This document shows positions 1-12,028 of a stretch of 64,000 nt of DNA, piece by piece. Each line of letters starts with the position of its first letter. Position 1 is the first letter of the stretch. The notes under the pieces were generated by a model. The model was not told where the DNA came from. It made no database searches and saw only the letters and a program-made list of their open reading frames with translations. The stretch spans positions 620,001 to 684,000 of the forward strand of contig NW_026782147.1 of assembly GCF_031769215.1 (NCBI RefSeq). Direction: 5' to 3'. Made by a program: the position numbers and the translations under genes. This DNA comes from Ylistrum balloti (lineage: Eukaryota).

Positions 1-494
1 AACGTTGACAAATAAATGTAGGAATTACTGGATATCATTTACCTATGAATCGATCTCATCAAGTCCAGAACCCTTGTTTCACTTTGTTTTCGGTTCTTTG
101 TTACGTGGAGGTCTGACGGAGCCTTGTTACACGGAAGCACAGAGGGGACATATTCTATATTTTCTATTACGCTAGCACGTAATGAAAAATGTGAAATGTT
201 TCCCTAACACATGCGCACGTACATGTAATAACTTTAGTTAGTGTATAGTATTCTATGTCGTGCGCACGTATTAAAAGTAGCTATACAAGTTGTATATTAT
301 TTAATTATGTGCCCACGTGAGTTATTATACGCACAGGTAATAAAAAATCCATTACTTTTGTGAGTCTGTTCGACAACTGTCGAAAGCATGCGTGGTAACT
401 TCAAACTTTTAGTAGTGTAAAATTTGAAATAGGATTCCAACAGGTCACTTTTCCGATTTATGTAGATACGATTTAACATCAGTTTCCTCTCATA

Positions 495-718
495 TGAGGT
501 TGATGATACGAGTCTCTGAATCTCTCGTGAGCTCCTGACGAGATAAAATGGTCAACTCGTTACGATTTTCAAAAAAATCCTATGAAAAGGAAGGACATGT
601 AACACACTATTATTACATCTGCTTTTGTAAACATTTGCAACGACTGATAATATTGACAATCTAATCTGGCGAAATTCCAACTATATACATGTACTTCTTT
701 ATCTAATTATCAACCTCA
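495..718. mobile_element. MITE-like element with 13-bp inverted ends
   Basis: TGAGGTTGATGAT (495) versus ATTATCAACCTCA (706-718), 12/13 complementary. Confidence 0.4.
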
Positions 719-3104
719 CAATGCATATGACGTCATGGATCTAGAGATATCAAGGCACACGGGGAATAACTGGAACCTTTGTCCAGTCACATGGGCCTTG
801 TCACACTCATAAGAGAGAAGTTAAGCGACAAATAACTAGCGATCATAACAAAACACTCGATTGGTTTAAATTGAGAAAATATTTTCAGTAAGATAATATT
901 CATGATGTAGTGAGCCTCTGTAAATGTTGGCTTGGAATATTAACTTTGTTATAACGTTTACATTATTTAATATCTGAAGAGTATATCAAATGTAGATGAA
1001 GAGTGACTATATAACGATATATAGACCATTGGTCGGTAGTTTGTACCAAATCCATGCCTGAAGAATATTTAACACAGCAAACTTTGTCTTAAGCCTTAAT
1101 ATTTGGTTTCCTTTTTATTGCAGATTCGAAGCGAGGAAAAAGAAAATGATTATTTAGTGAAAAATAAAAATATTTTTAAACAAAATTTGTTAATGCTTTT
1201 GTAATAATTCTCAATAAATTTTTTTTTTTACAAAAGGAAGGCAAAATCATTACCTATGAAACACTTAAGTGGGACAAGTATTTTTATATCTTAAACACTC
1301 GACTGTGGCTTATCTATTTGTTATACACGTCAACGGTCATGTATTAAACCGGAAGCAGTAGGTTACACCACTTGGGCGTCATTGACAACGCCAACGCCAA
1401 TGAAATAAGTTCCGAGAACTACTTACAGATAACATTTTTATTTACTTTCTGAAAGTATATACGTGTATATCTTGTCCCATTACATTTCAATTTCTTAAAT
1501 ATTTCCTGGAAACATTCATATTTTACAAGTTTTAAGGACAAACATTCACAATACTCTGTTACTTTTGATCCTAGTATATATAGTGTAGAATATTACAGAC
1601 GTGGCTTCTCCATCTTTGGTCTCTGTAAGGTTCAGAAAAGATAAGATTTAATTCTAACTATGTTTTCCAGACAGATTGAGGCGAGAGCGATACAGTGTCT
1701 AGCTACATATACATATGAGGACACTTCTAGTTCATTAAAGACCTAAGCTTACTTCAGAGTCCACACGAACAACACTTTACTGCTGTTTGGTCAGGTCCCC
1801 CCCCATCCCCCCTCTCCCCTCCCAAGTTAGATTTCTACTACCATTCAAATTAAAGTTTAAGTCTTACGGTGGTATTGCTTACTCCAGAAATGGAATGATT
1901 GAGATGTGGATTTTGACCAATCTTGATCATTTGCCCGTAAAAGACGTCTCTTCTGTAAGAACAGATTTCTCGCCTTCCTATTCAAACTCAAGGAACGCTA
2001 ATATCACATTCCTTTCAGACTAAAGGAATATGAAGTTAGAGGTGTTAAATATTAATTATTAAACCCGTCAGCCTCATTAGAGAACCTGACACTACCATAA
2101 GAGCATAATTATGGTATACTCCACAACCCTCTACCCCTCCACAAACATTTTGAAAGACCCATATGGACACGGGCTGTTTCTGTGTACATCGTGTTTTAAC
2201 TCACCGCATCCTAGGTGAATGTGTTTCTACCACTTTCATGGCCATCTTCGTTGTCTCTTAAAGGAGCATAGTCAATAAAAATGTAATATATATTTAATAA
2301 ACAAACAATATAAATTTTAACATAATAAATGTGAATTATCCCATTGAATTATGTAATTTTAGTGGCAAATTTTCAGTCAAGGGGCTGCGTTTGCCGAGTG
2401 GGTAAGGTATCTAGCTATCTTCATCACCAGCCCTCCACGTCTTGGATGCAGGTTCTTGCTTTCTCAGCCCCGTAATCAAGTGTAATTGCTCTAGCGATAA
2501 AGAGAGAAACGAAGGGTAGTAACTAAGGGAAATTAGGGTGTGGGTTGGAGGCCTACGTGGGACAGTAGTCATGTACTTTTATCATGTTTTGAAAATAAGT
2601 TTTGTATTCAGGTGGACATCATGTTAGCACTTGCAAAGTCTTCGGAAATCAGCTTTGACCTTTTGTGTCAAATTTCATTCATGGATATTCAACAATAGTT
2701 AAGCTTGGATTAAAGTGATATGTGGCATATGTTTCACAACTTAATAAGGCAAAGCCACGTGCTTAACTTAAGATTTTTTTTTACCCTGGGGCTTTTAGAT
2801 CTTCAATTCATCACACAACCAAATGTTTGACTTGTAAAATCATACGTGTGCCATGATGATAACTTACAGGTTTTATTCTGCTGTCTGTGACATTCCTTGT
2901 GTGAAGCACGTCACTGGTAAATTGGTGCATGAAAAACCTTATGTATTTGTTCCCTATTTATAAAATTTCATATTCTTTAAAGTAACTCCAGCTCCTTGTC
3001 TAATTTTTGGTATGACACCAAACATTACTTTGATCAAAATGGAGCATTAAGTTAGCATTTGTAAAGTTTAGTCAATAGTTAGAGGAGCATGGTAAAAATA
3101 CAAA

Positions 3105-3805
3105 AACAGGTCAAGAGTATCAGTGAAACTGATCACTGCTCATCGAAAAATGACTTTAATGGTGACAGAAATTTTATCAAAGGGAAATAATTCTGTAATT
3201 AAGGTGTTGTAGGCTCCGAGTTTGGTATAAAGCAACATTCTCTTAATATGAGTTTTATGCTCCTAGTTTTAATGCAAGCAAAGCTATGTTCATGACAGAT
3301 ATTTCAACAAAGGACAGCAACACTGTATTGAGGAGTCATGAGCCCTGAATTTGCTACACTTTTCCTTTGTTTGGTATGACTGATGTATGCTTCACTTCTC
3401 AACTTTCATGATCCTTGCTTAACTGTTGGCAAAGTTATGCTCCTCACAAGAAATTCTTAACGAAGAGCAATAACTGAGGGGTCAAGGGCCCTGGACTTTG
3501 TACACAGCGCACAGATCATGATACCTGATCAATGTATCCTCCATGTTTCATTGTTCTAGTAATGCAAATCAATTGAATTTTTGCTCTAGACACAAAATTT
3601 TAACAAATGGCAACAACTCTGTATTTAAATGGTTACGGGTCCTGAATTTGGAACACTGCACATCATCTTTGTAAGATCAATGTTTACAACTAGTTTCATG
3701 ATCCTTGCTTAACAGTGGGCAAATTTATGCTTTGCAAAAGGATGGACAGACGGACAGACAAGTGACGATTGTACTTCCCTGACAATTTTTGTGGACCATA
3801 AAAAA
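3105..3805 (+). mobile_element. non-autonomous dispersed repeat, HINE/Helentron-like
   Basis: Begins aacaggtcaagag, ends with a (GGAC/AGAC)n microsatellite and cataaaaa; similar 5' motifs (aacaagaggccc...gggcc...cgctcacctg) at ~4479, 29606, 41504, 46218, 46845. Confidence 0.35.
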
Positions 3806-3840
3806 AACTCAAAAAAACAAAATACCATAGACATCATTCA

Positions 3841-3846
3841 TTTAAT
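3841..3846 (-). promoter_or_regulatory. candidate poly(A) signal (ATTAAA) of the SR gene
   Basis: ATTAAA ~300 nt after the stop, followed by a T/GT-rich tract on the minus strand (3800-3822). Confidence 0.4.
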
Positions 3847-4144
3847 AATACATAAATGACATAATTTACAATGACAAAATGAAAATGAAATGACAATGCA
3901 TCCATTAAGAATGTAAAGACTTGTAAGAATTCACTAAACTGTAAAACTGATGATAAAAACTCTTGGTGTTAGAACAAGTTTTAACTTTGGAGGTTTAAAC
4001 TGTTGCTTTCCATAGCATAGTTATGTTAATGAATTAACATCATAACACACCAACCTATTTTCAGTAATCAAAGTATGGTATGTTTCGAGGTCAAGTTCAT
4101 CTACTTATTTTAAGGTAAAGTTAATTTACTTTTACTTGCAAGGC

Positions 4145-4451
4145 TCAGTCCGAGGCACTTTTTGACCTTGACCTCGACCTTGATCGTGAGTAAGATTTAG
4201 ATTGTCTCCTGCTTTCACCATTTGCTGCAGCAGGGCTCCTGCTCTTTGACTTGGAATTCAAAGACCTGCTCTTTGAAGGACTTCTAGACTTGGATCTGCT
4301 GTTGGAATGGCTCCTTCGTCTGTTGCTTCGCTTTCTGTCATCACTGTGTGACCTTGACCTTCTCCTCCTGTCCCTGCTGTGACTTCTGCTCATGGACCGT
4401 GACCTTGACCTAGATCTCCTCCTCCGTCTGTCCCGGGAATTGCTCCTGGAC
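4145..4451 (-). CDS. SR splicing factor last coding exon (RS domain)
   Basis: ttgcttcag|GTCCAGG; RS dipeptide-rich frame identical to ORF 4145..4393, TGA at 4147-4145. Confidence 0.92.
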
Positions 4452-5350
4452 CTGAAGCAAATGATGTTTATATCTTAACCCTGTCATGAGGCCAAATGGG
4501 CCTGTATTGCTCCACTGATACCAACTGTGACAGAACTTTTTTGTAGAATGTAACAGTAAAAAGAAAAACCACTTTTGGATCTGATGTTGAACAATGTGGG
4601 AGACAAATCATTTATTTAGATAACATCTGATTTGCTACTTTCAAAATTCAGCTGTAAGAACATTTTGCATCAAATTTGGTAACAAGGGGCTAAAGGGGAA
4701 AGTATGACACCTGTTTTGCAGCTTATAAAGAGTTTATATCTATATTCACTAGAGCAATGTTGCATTCAATTTTTAAACAAAAGTTGTCCTCAGCATAGCT
4801 GTACCTGTTGCTTACATATTTTTCTCTGCTACTGATACTTAGTACTTAATGCCTGATAAGTTGACAGCTGTCCGTGTTATACATGAAGTATGTCTACTTC
4901 TTAAGGAATCAACCCCGCCCCCCAGTCCATCATAATATGTATCCAGATATTTATTCAAGTTGACTTCACTTTTTAGAGACACATGGATTGGACCTTTTAC
5001 TGTACTTGACAGTTCACCAGTTCACAATATTTTCTTCATGGATTTCATATTTCTATCAATTATCACATAAAAATACATATTCAGTCAACAGGAAGGTTAT
5101 GCTTTCTCCAGCAGTCTTTACTTAAGATTGTGGTCTTCTGCAATATTTTTTTCATGATCTCAGACAAGTTGAATTATGTTGATAAAGTGGCTATGTGATA
5201 AATCCTTCCACAATATTCTACAGATTTCAATGTTGTTTACGAACCCAATCTACATATTTCAATGCTGTTGATGAACCCAAGAGCTAAATGCGTGACCAAA
5301 GTAGTCGAGCACGTCAACAATAGAGATTTCTGTTATTTCATATTATTTAC

Positions 5351-5493
5351 CTTCGTCTTCTCCTTGGAGAAGGTGATCTGTACCTTCCAGACCCTCCCCT
5401 CCCTCCTCGCCGGAAACCACCATTATACCGGTCATCTGGGCAGTCCCTGGCCCAATGTCCCGAACGATGACAGCGATAACATTCATCATAACC
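5351..5493 (-). CDS. SR splicing factor exon 5 (CCHC zinc knuckle, RGG, start of RS)
   Basis: gtgttgtag|GGTTAT...CGAAG|gtaaat; GYDECYRCHRSGHWARDCPDDRYNGGFRRGGRGGSGRYRSPSPRRRR (Cx2Cx4Hx4C). Confidence 0.92.
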
Positions 5494-5831
5494 CTACAAC
5501 ACAAAAATCATTGACATGAAATATTTCATGTTTTGAAGATATATTGAATATGTGAGTTTTAATTCAGAAACCAAAAGCCATGACACAAAAGTTACTTGTC
5601 TCAGGGATTGGCAGGATGACCTGGACAAAATTAAAGATCAAACGACTAACCCTTTGTGTAAATTACTGAAGTCAACCCTTTGATTAAGCCTTCAAGCAGA
5701 CATACTGCGAGACACTCTGGTCAAAATCCTTGTTGTATTTTGTTTCATATTTCATTTGTTTGTTAAGTTTTCTGTTTAAGTTAAAGATTTCTTTTACCCA
5801 GGTATTAACATCAACAGTCTACAGCACTCAC

Positions 5832-5927
5832 CCTGTTCATCATTGGTCTTCTGGAACTTCCCTTTGCCTGTTCAACAATAATACTGGAGCCCAAGATCTC
5901 CCGACCATTTTCATACTTAATCGCATC
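5832..5927 (-). CDS. SR splicing factor exon 4 (end of RRM)
   Basis: tatttcag|GATGCG...AACAGG|gtgagt; DAIKYENGREILGSSIIVEQAKGSSRRPMMNR. Confidence 0.92.
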
Positions 5928-6256
5928 CTGAAATAACAGAGACAGAGGAAAATCTAAATATCAACATAACTTAAACACTTATTTTGAAAGCATCCTATGG
6001 TATTTTTCTTAATTAATGCAACATATATTCCAAGTTACATTTCAAAAATCAAACCAGTTACTACATACCATTAAAATTTGCATATTCCAAGATAAAAGGT
6101 TTATGACAATCATCATGATGAATAGCAAATCTTCAGTTCCTGTTCATATTTGTTTACAAGAGACCAGACAACAACTTGTCAACAATACATTAATATCTAC
6201 ATTACCATTGCCAAACCACAAGAGACTAGAACACAAAAATGCTGGCAGTGACATAC

Positions 6257-6538
6257 TCTTGTTACACCTTGGGATGGAATAACGGAGGAGGAGCCGGGGC
6301 AGACAGACTGATTGGACACAAGATATAACTGGACACACTGGTCAGTCGGTGAAACGAGGATTTGCGACTGAATTGACTGCCTGATAGGCTGACCGGCTCC
6401 GACAGGAGGACACTGGTATGGAACATGGTTTTTGGACTAAGGTTTTTCTGATTATGTGTGTTGGCACTTGGATGTGACACTCTGTACTGGTGGTCAGGCT
6501 AGGCATGGCAGGACTCGCTCTCTTGCTAGCATTTTACC
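6257..6538 (-). other. candidate poison (PTC) cassette exon in SR gene intron 3
   Basis: GC-richer island in an AT-rich intron; taatttag|GGTAAAATG, in-frame TGA at 6496-6494, donor AAGA|GTATGT. Confidence 0.45.
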
Positions 6539-6943
6539 CTAAATTATGCATTAATTTAATTTTTATAATGTAAAATTGTATATTAAGGTCTTTTGCCTGT
6601 AGTTAAACATAAAACAATTTATATTAATTACATTAAGTCAATATTTTTTCTTTCATCTTCATATTTAAAGTCTTTGCATTTGATGTTTAAATAGGTTTTT
6701 CTCTATTTATTTACTAATGTAATTTTTAATTCTTATGCAATCACCAACTCTGAATATGAAGATGTAATTCAACTGAAAACATATTCATTCATATACAAGT
6801 TAATTACAAGTACCAAATAAATTATCAAGGAAGATTGAAATCAATTTAATTTTAAAAACAACCATTTCACCAGGTGTAGAAAAAGTTAAAATATTACAAA
6901 GATATGTTTTCTGTATTTATCTATCTGAGCTAATTTAACGTAC

Positions 6944-6984
6944 CTCTGCATCCCTTCTATCCTCGAAATCAACAAAGGCATAAG
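6944..6984 (-). CDS. SR splicing factor exon 3 (RNP1)
   Basis: ctttttcag|CTTATGCC...GCAGAG|gtacgt; AYAFVDFEDRRDAE. Confidence 0.92.
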
Positions 6985-7268
6985 CTGAAAAAGAGGTTAA
7001 ACAAATAATCATCAATGATAAAATGTAACATGCACATCCAGCGTTATTCCTTGGTATTTTGTGAAAATCCAATGGGCAAAATTTGGAAAATTTTACATGT
7101 TTATTGTATCAAAGATTTACAAGGAAATAATTGTTGTTTTATGAGAAGATCAAGACTGATAATAAATAAAATGAACGATTTAGGTTTTTAGGTTTAGTAG
7201 GTTAAGTAATTATGGCATAAACTGGTATATCACTGTTCCTTATACAGATTACATATAAGCTGTCTTAC

Positions 7269-7280
7269 CCATTTCAGCAC
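7269..7280 (-). CDS. SR splicing factor, 12-nt microexon (exon 2)
   Basis: ttttctgttttacag|GTGCTGAAATGG|gtaaga; phase 1/1, encodes (G)AEM(A) just before RNP1. Confidence 0.8.
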
Positions 7281-7370
7281 CTGTAAAACAGAAAACAAAA
7301 TGCTTGAATTAGAATTTAAAAAACAAAATGTCATTAATAATCCTACAGTCAGTAATATGTTTTTTTATAC

Positions 7371-7513
7371 CAGATATAGTTTTAAACAGATGACCTGTAG
7401 GTAGGACTAATGATATATGTTAACTCATTCAGCTGGAACCCACAGTCTGAATCAGGTGACAGTCAGAAAACTCTGAGTACATAGCCAGAAATAACAAGCA
7501 GGGCACTTTAGAC
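7371..7513 (-). other. candidate PTC cassette exon in SR gene intron 1
   Basis: gcattttcag|GTCTAAAG ... TCTG|gtataa; 143 nt, in-frame TGA at 7454-7452; alternative acceptor at 7758-7759 also leads to a stop. Confidence 0.4.
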
Positions 7514-8321
7514 CTGAAAATGCTAATCATCAAGATAAATGAGACAAGCACTCTGAACCAGCTGTACCAGAAAGCTCAGTACCACAGACTGAACCAGTGA
7601 CAATAAGAAGACTGACACACGAGGATGCACAGTCTAAACCAGCAACATTCAAGAGATATATAACCTGAAACAGCTGACAGTCGGGAGCATTTAAATACAC
7701 TGTCTGAACTTTCAACCAGCAGACATTCCTAGAGTAAAGACCTGCGACTTTGAAATTCTGAAGATGGCATGATCAGTTTTTATAAAACAAAAATATAGAT
7801 TACTTAAACACATTAATATATAAAGCAAACGTTAGAAATTTTATGTCATTTAAGTAAGCATGTTCAATTTGAAAATAACTCAGTTTTCTACTAATGTTCA
7901 TTAAAAATATTATGTACTTTCGGAGAAAATTGGTTTATACACGCAGCAAGACCAGTTGCTTGAATTTATTTGTTGTAGCTTTAAAATGCGACATTGACAC
8001 TATACAGTTTCTGATCTCTATCGTTGTGTATACGTATTACCACAGGAAGTCCGAGGTTATTTCCCTTATGTAACAATTTGCGTATCACATATTACACAAT
8101 TAATGATAATTGTTGCTTGGCCTAAATTAGTGATCACAACGTATAAATGCAACGCACAAATACACGATTGTGTTCTGACGAATAACAACGACACATTACT
8201 TAAATTACGAATTTCGATTGTATAATAATGACGGAATTACGCTTACAGTGGCCTTTGTCTGTTTGCATTGTCGTGCTCTGCAGACCATCGTTTTCACATA
8301 ATTTGAGTCTAAATTACCTAC

Positions 8322-8433
8322 CATATTTCACTTCACATCTCGCCAAACGACCATACGCTTCAAAAACATCTTCTAGGTCACGAACAGTTGTTCTTTTATT
8401 CAATCTTCCTACAAATAGCTGGCCCCGCGACAT
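8322..8433 (-). CDS. SR splicing factor (RRM-CCHC knuckle-RS), coding exon 1
   Basis: ATG at 8433 gives MSRGQLFVGRLNKRTTVRDLEDVFEAYGRLARCEVKY with RNP2-like LFVGRL; donor G|GTAGGT, phase 1. The six exons total 711 nt = 236 aa + stop, all GT-AG and in frame. Confidence 0.92.
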
Positions 8434-9339
8434 CTTCAACTTTCTCCTTTCAAGTGAAGACTTGTGCGCACGCCACTTCCGGATCCGAACCCGCACCAAA
8501 GATCCGTGTCTGGTTTACAAGAAAATTAAGTAAAAGTATATGATTATTTAAAAAATAAATTATTCTGTAAAATAAAAAAAAAAAAACTAATCAAACTACA
8601 CAATTCTCGCCACGAAATACCAATCATAATATAGTCATTCGTCACCAGTAAAATACTTATCTCCCATGAAATTTGTAAACCACCATTTTTTGTACTAGTT
8701 AAAAAGGCAACAATGTTCCAAGTATGATAGTAATAGAATTGTAATATCCTGACACTAAAAATCACAGGGGTTGACAGAACGTTCATCTTTCCATATGTTT
8801 TCTTTCACGATAAGTTCATTAGGACGTATACGGAGTGGGTTTGTTTAGTAATTTAGTGACGCGGTACTTTTATCGGACCCTGATGAGTATGGATGTTACA
8901 ACTCCTAATATGATAAAAATAGGGTGGGTATTCTTGTTGTGAAATTTTTGTATTCAGCACTAGATGTTAGATCGATGTAACATATATTACGCATGTAGTT
9001 TAAAACTCGATTTGTACAGCTTTTAATATATTGTTGGAGTTAAGAAATACGTGTGTGAAAAAAAAAAAAAGATTAAGACATCCTATGAACATCGAAATAT
9101 AGAACAACACAGCAAAGCTATTTTTGACATTTCTATAATTAAGGTTTACATTATTTTAAGAAAACTACTAATAATAATTGGATGTATAAAGTTAGATTGG
9201 TAAACCGTTTTAATATTTAACCTTATTTCTTCTTAAGGCATTTTTTTCTTCATTCATACATGCTCGTTAGTACTATATAGCTTTAGGCAATAGCACTGAA
9301 AAGTTAAAAACGTATAATAAAGTCGGTAGCCTCTATACG

Positions 9340-9900
9340 TTATACCCCACACCTGTAATACTCCATACCTTATACCTATACCTATATTCCCTATGCCTGT
9401 ATATACCATACCTTTAAAACCCCATACCTTATTTCCTATACCTTTAAAACCCCATACCTTATTTCCTATACCTTTAAAACCTATACATTATTTCCTACAC
9501 TTTTAAAACATTATACATTATTTCCGGCACCTTTTAAACCATATACCTAATTTCCTACATCTTTAAAACCCTATACCTTATTTCCTACACCTTTAAAACC
9601 ATATACCTTATTTCCGGCACCTTTAAAACCATATACCTTATTTCCTACACCTTTAAAACCATATACCTTATTTCCTATACCTATAAAACCCTATACCTTA
9701 TTTCCGACACCTTTAAAACCATATACCTTATTTTCTATACCTATAAAACCCTATACCTTATTTCCTCCACCATTAAAACCATATACCTTATTTCCTATAC
9801 TCATAAAACCTCATATCATTAGTCCTATACCTATTAAACCTTATTCCTTTTGCTCTTTACCTGTAAAACCCTATACCTTATGCCCGATATCTAGAAAATC
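9340..9900 (+). repeat. 30-bp minisatellite, ~18 degenerate copies
   Basis: atataccttatttcctacacctttaaaacc at 9601, 9631, 9661... Confidence 0.93.
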
Positions 9901-10238
9901 TTATACATGTAAAAAAAAAAAAAAAAACATTAACTTTATGCCTTAAACTCTATATTATAACCTACTGTCAGAGTGGAGCTAGAAAACTAAAATAACTTAA
10001 TGTTATACACAAGGCCATACATGTTTTTAAGTAGCGGTATCCGTATAATATTTATTTGTAAAGGATCTGATACTTACAAAAATCATTAAAACATCATTCA
10101 GGCGATACATACACGGAAATGATACCGTCTTTCTTATTGAGCGGTCACTACTCAGAATCACGTGATTTACTATTGTTTTGTACATAACTTTCAATGTAGC
10201 GCAAATACGAGTGATTTATTTTGAATGAGGTTGCCGAA

Positions 10239-11261
10239 ATGGAGCAGACGACAATTTTAGGCATCCAGGACAACCTAACATCACACGAGGACGTACCCAC
10301 ACGAACACTGCACCAGGTAGGCGCCACATTGATTGGGTCTTTGGGTTTCCTTGCAAATATGATGATTCTGATCGCAATCTTGAAGGCGAAACTATATCGA
10401 CAAAATGTGATTTTGTTTGTTCTCAATTTGGTGATAAACAACGCGCTTGTTTGTGCGATCTCACTGCCATATATCGCCGCCATGTCTTTTAACTACACTG
10501 ATGACGTGAACCTGACCATTTGTAAAGCTATGGGGTATATCACATATTCCATAACAGCTTCCGAGTTATTGGGACTTGATCTCGTAGCAATCAACCGATA
10601 TTTCCTTATAGTCAAATACAGCACATACTTAAACATCTACAACGACAAGAAAAACATAGCGATCATGATATGCTTGTCCTGGATAGTGTACCCGATAATG
10701 CTGCTGTTTCCGGCGACCGAAGTTTGGGGAAGTTTTACGTATGACCGGAACAGATTTTTTTGCAATCCATTCAAAGCTAAGGACAGCTTCGGAAAATTTT
10801 TCTCCGGATTCGCTGTGATAACTTCAGTTCCTTTACTGATCTTTGGATATACGAGTATTCTACCAAAAGTGTTTAAAACGAATCAACAAGTGAATTTAAC
10901 CCGGAGCAAGTCTGTGACCACTAAAAACCACACGGACAAGCTACGAAGACGTGACGTTCGTCTTGTGTCTTTAGTTCTGGTTTTACTAACAACATTTTGC
11001 CTAATGTATTTACCCTTTGCTGTGCTGTCCATCATTGACCCGACAACGTCAGCGGTTAACCCCAGGATGCACATCGCATTTCTTTACGTTGCTTGGGCAC
11101 ATTGTTTGGTAAACCCGGTTTTGTACGCTGTTCTGAACAGTCAGATCCGAAAGGCGATAAAGGACTTGTTTATAGTGGTTGACGACAAGGATGGTATCTC
11201 CGGGATCACCACAGTCAGCATATCAAGGACTGGACTGAATTCCATCGATACTTGTGTATGA
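10239..11261 (+). CDS. class A GPCR, moody/Tre1/melatonin-receptor-like, copy A (intronless)
   Basis: Seven hydrophobic segments, TM1 GxxxN (GFLAN), AINRY at TM3, TM6 CLMYLP, TM7 NPVLY, N-terminal NLT glycosylation site; first ATG at 10239 (ORF track begins at upstream TTG 10221). Confidence 0.9.
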   Translation: MEQTTILGIQDNLTSHEDVPTRTLHQVGATLIGSLGFLANMMILIAILKAKLYRQNVILFVLNLVINNALVCAISLPYIAAMSFNYTDDVNLTICKAMGYITYSITASELLGLDLVAINRYFLIVKYSTYLNIYNDKKNIAIMICLSWIVYPIMLLFPATEVWGSFTYDRNRFFCNPFKAKDSFGKFFSGFAVITSVPLLIFGYTSILPKVFKTNQQVNLTRSKSVTTKNHTDKLRRRDVRLVSLVLVLLTTFCLMYLPFAVLSIIDPTTSAVNPRMHIAFLYVAWAHCLVNPVLYAVLNSQIRKAIKDLFIVVDDKDGISGITTVSISRTGLNSIDTCV

Positions 11262-11623
11262 ACAAGTATTTCGGGAATTCAGCTACCGAATAGATGTAAA
11301 GAGTGTTGTTTTCAAGGGATTTAAGGTGTTCTTTTATCGAGGATTGAAAGACATTGCGAAAAATAGAAAAGAAAATCAATAGAGAGAATCTCTGGTTAAT
11401 GACAATTGAATCAATAGCCCTTGTTACTTTATGCAACCGCGAAAGTTTTGAGTCACCGAAAAACATGACTTGCAGTAATATCGGATTTGTAATTATATAT
11501 GGCTATATATATTCAAAGGAAACCTTATTTTTGCATTTCACCAGTGACTTTGTGACGTATCAAAACTAGTATCGGTTATCATAGAAAGTTTTATACATAG
11601 AACATTATTTTTTCATTAAAGAA

Positions 11624-12028
11624 TTTCGGTTGCAAAGATCAGCAAAAACACATTCATGTATCTTGCCTTCTGTTGTTAGTGTGACGTTATTCAAATTCAG
11701 ATTGACCAAGATTAAAATCGCGAGAATTTTAAAGCGAGAGTTTCCAAGCTTTTCTTGGGTTCGACTGGATTGCTTGTCGTAGTTTTTGCAATCTCCGCCA
11801 GATTACGCAGATTCGAAAAATACAATGAGCGCACTCTAAAGGAGAAAAAATCCCGTCTGTTCCTATTTCTACCTGAATTGTCGTTCCGGAAGTCCAAAGT
11901 CCGCAATGCATTCTGTGGAAATCGGCATTTTCACTGCAAACGCTGTAATCTGATTGGTCAAAATACGTGAAAATATCAAAACTTGTAATCTGATATTTTC
12001 ACAGTAAATCCTTTATTTCACTACAGAA
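11624..12028. mobile_element. ~400-bp insertion specific to duplicate A (non-autonomous element, family unassigned)
   Basis: Absent from duplicate B, where cattaacgaa joins directly to atctaaatacatatt at ~22280. Confidence 0.55.

Noticed and set aside
2381-2480. Possible tRNA-SINE head (GGGGCTGCGTTTGCCGAGTGG)
   Set aside because: A box plausible but B box too degenerate to call.
8228-8533. 101-aa plus-strand ORF over the SR first exon
   Set aside because: Antisense shadow ORF, no recognisable domain.
10148-10483. Antisense ORFs over the GPCRs (also 20817-21152, 10883-11074, 21552-21743)
   Set aside because: Shadow frames of the sense CDS; conserved only because the region is duplicated.
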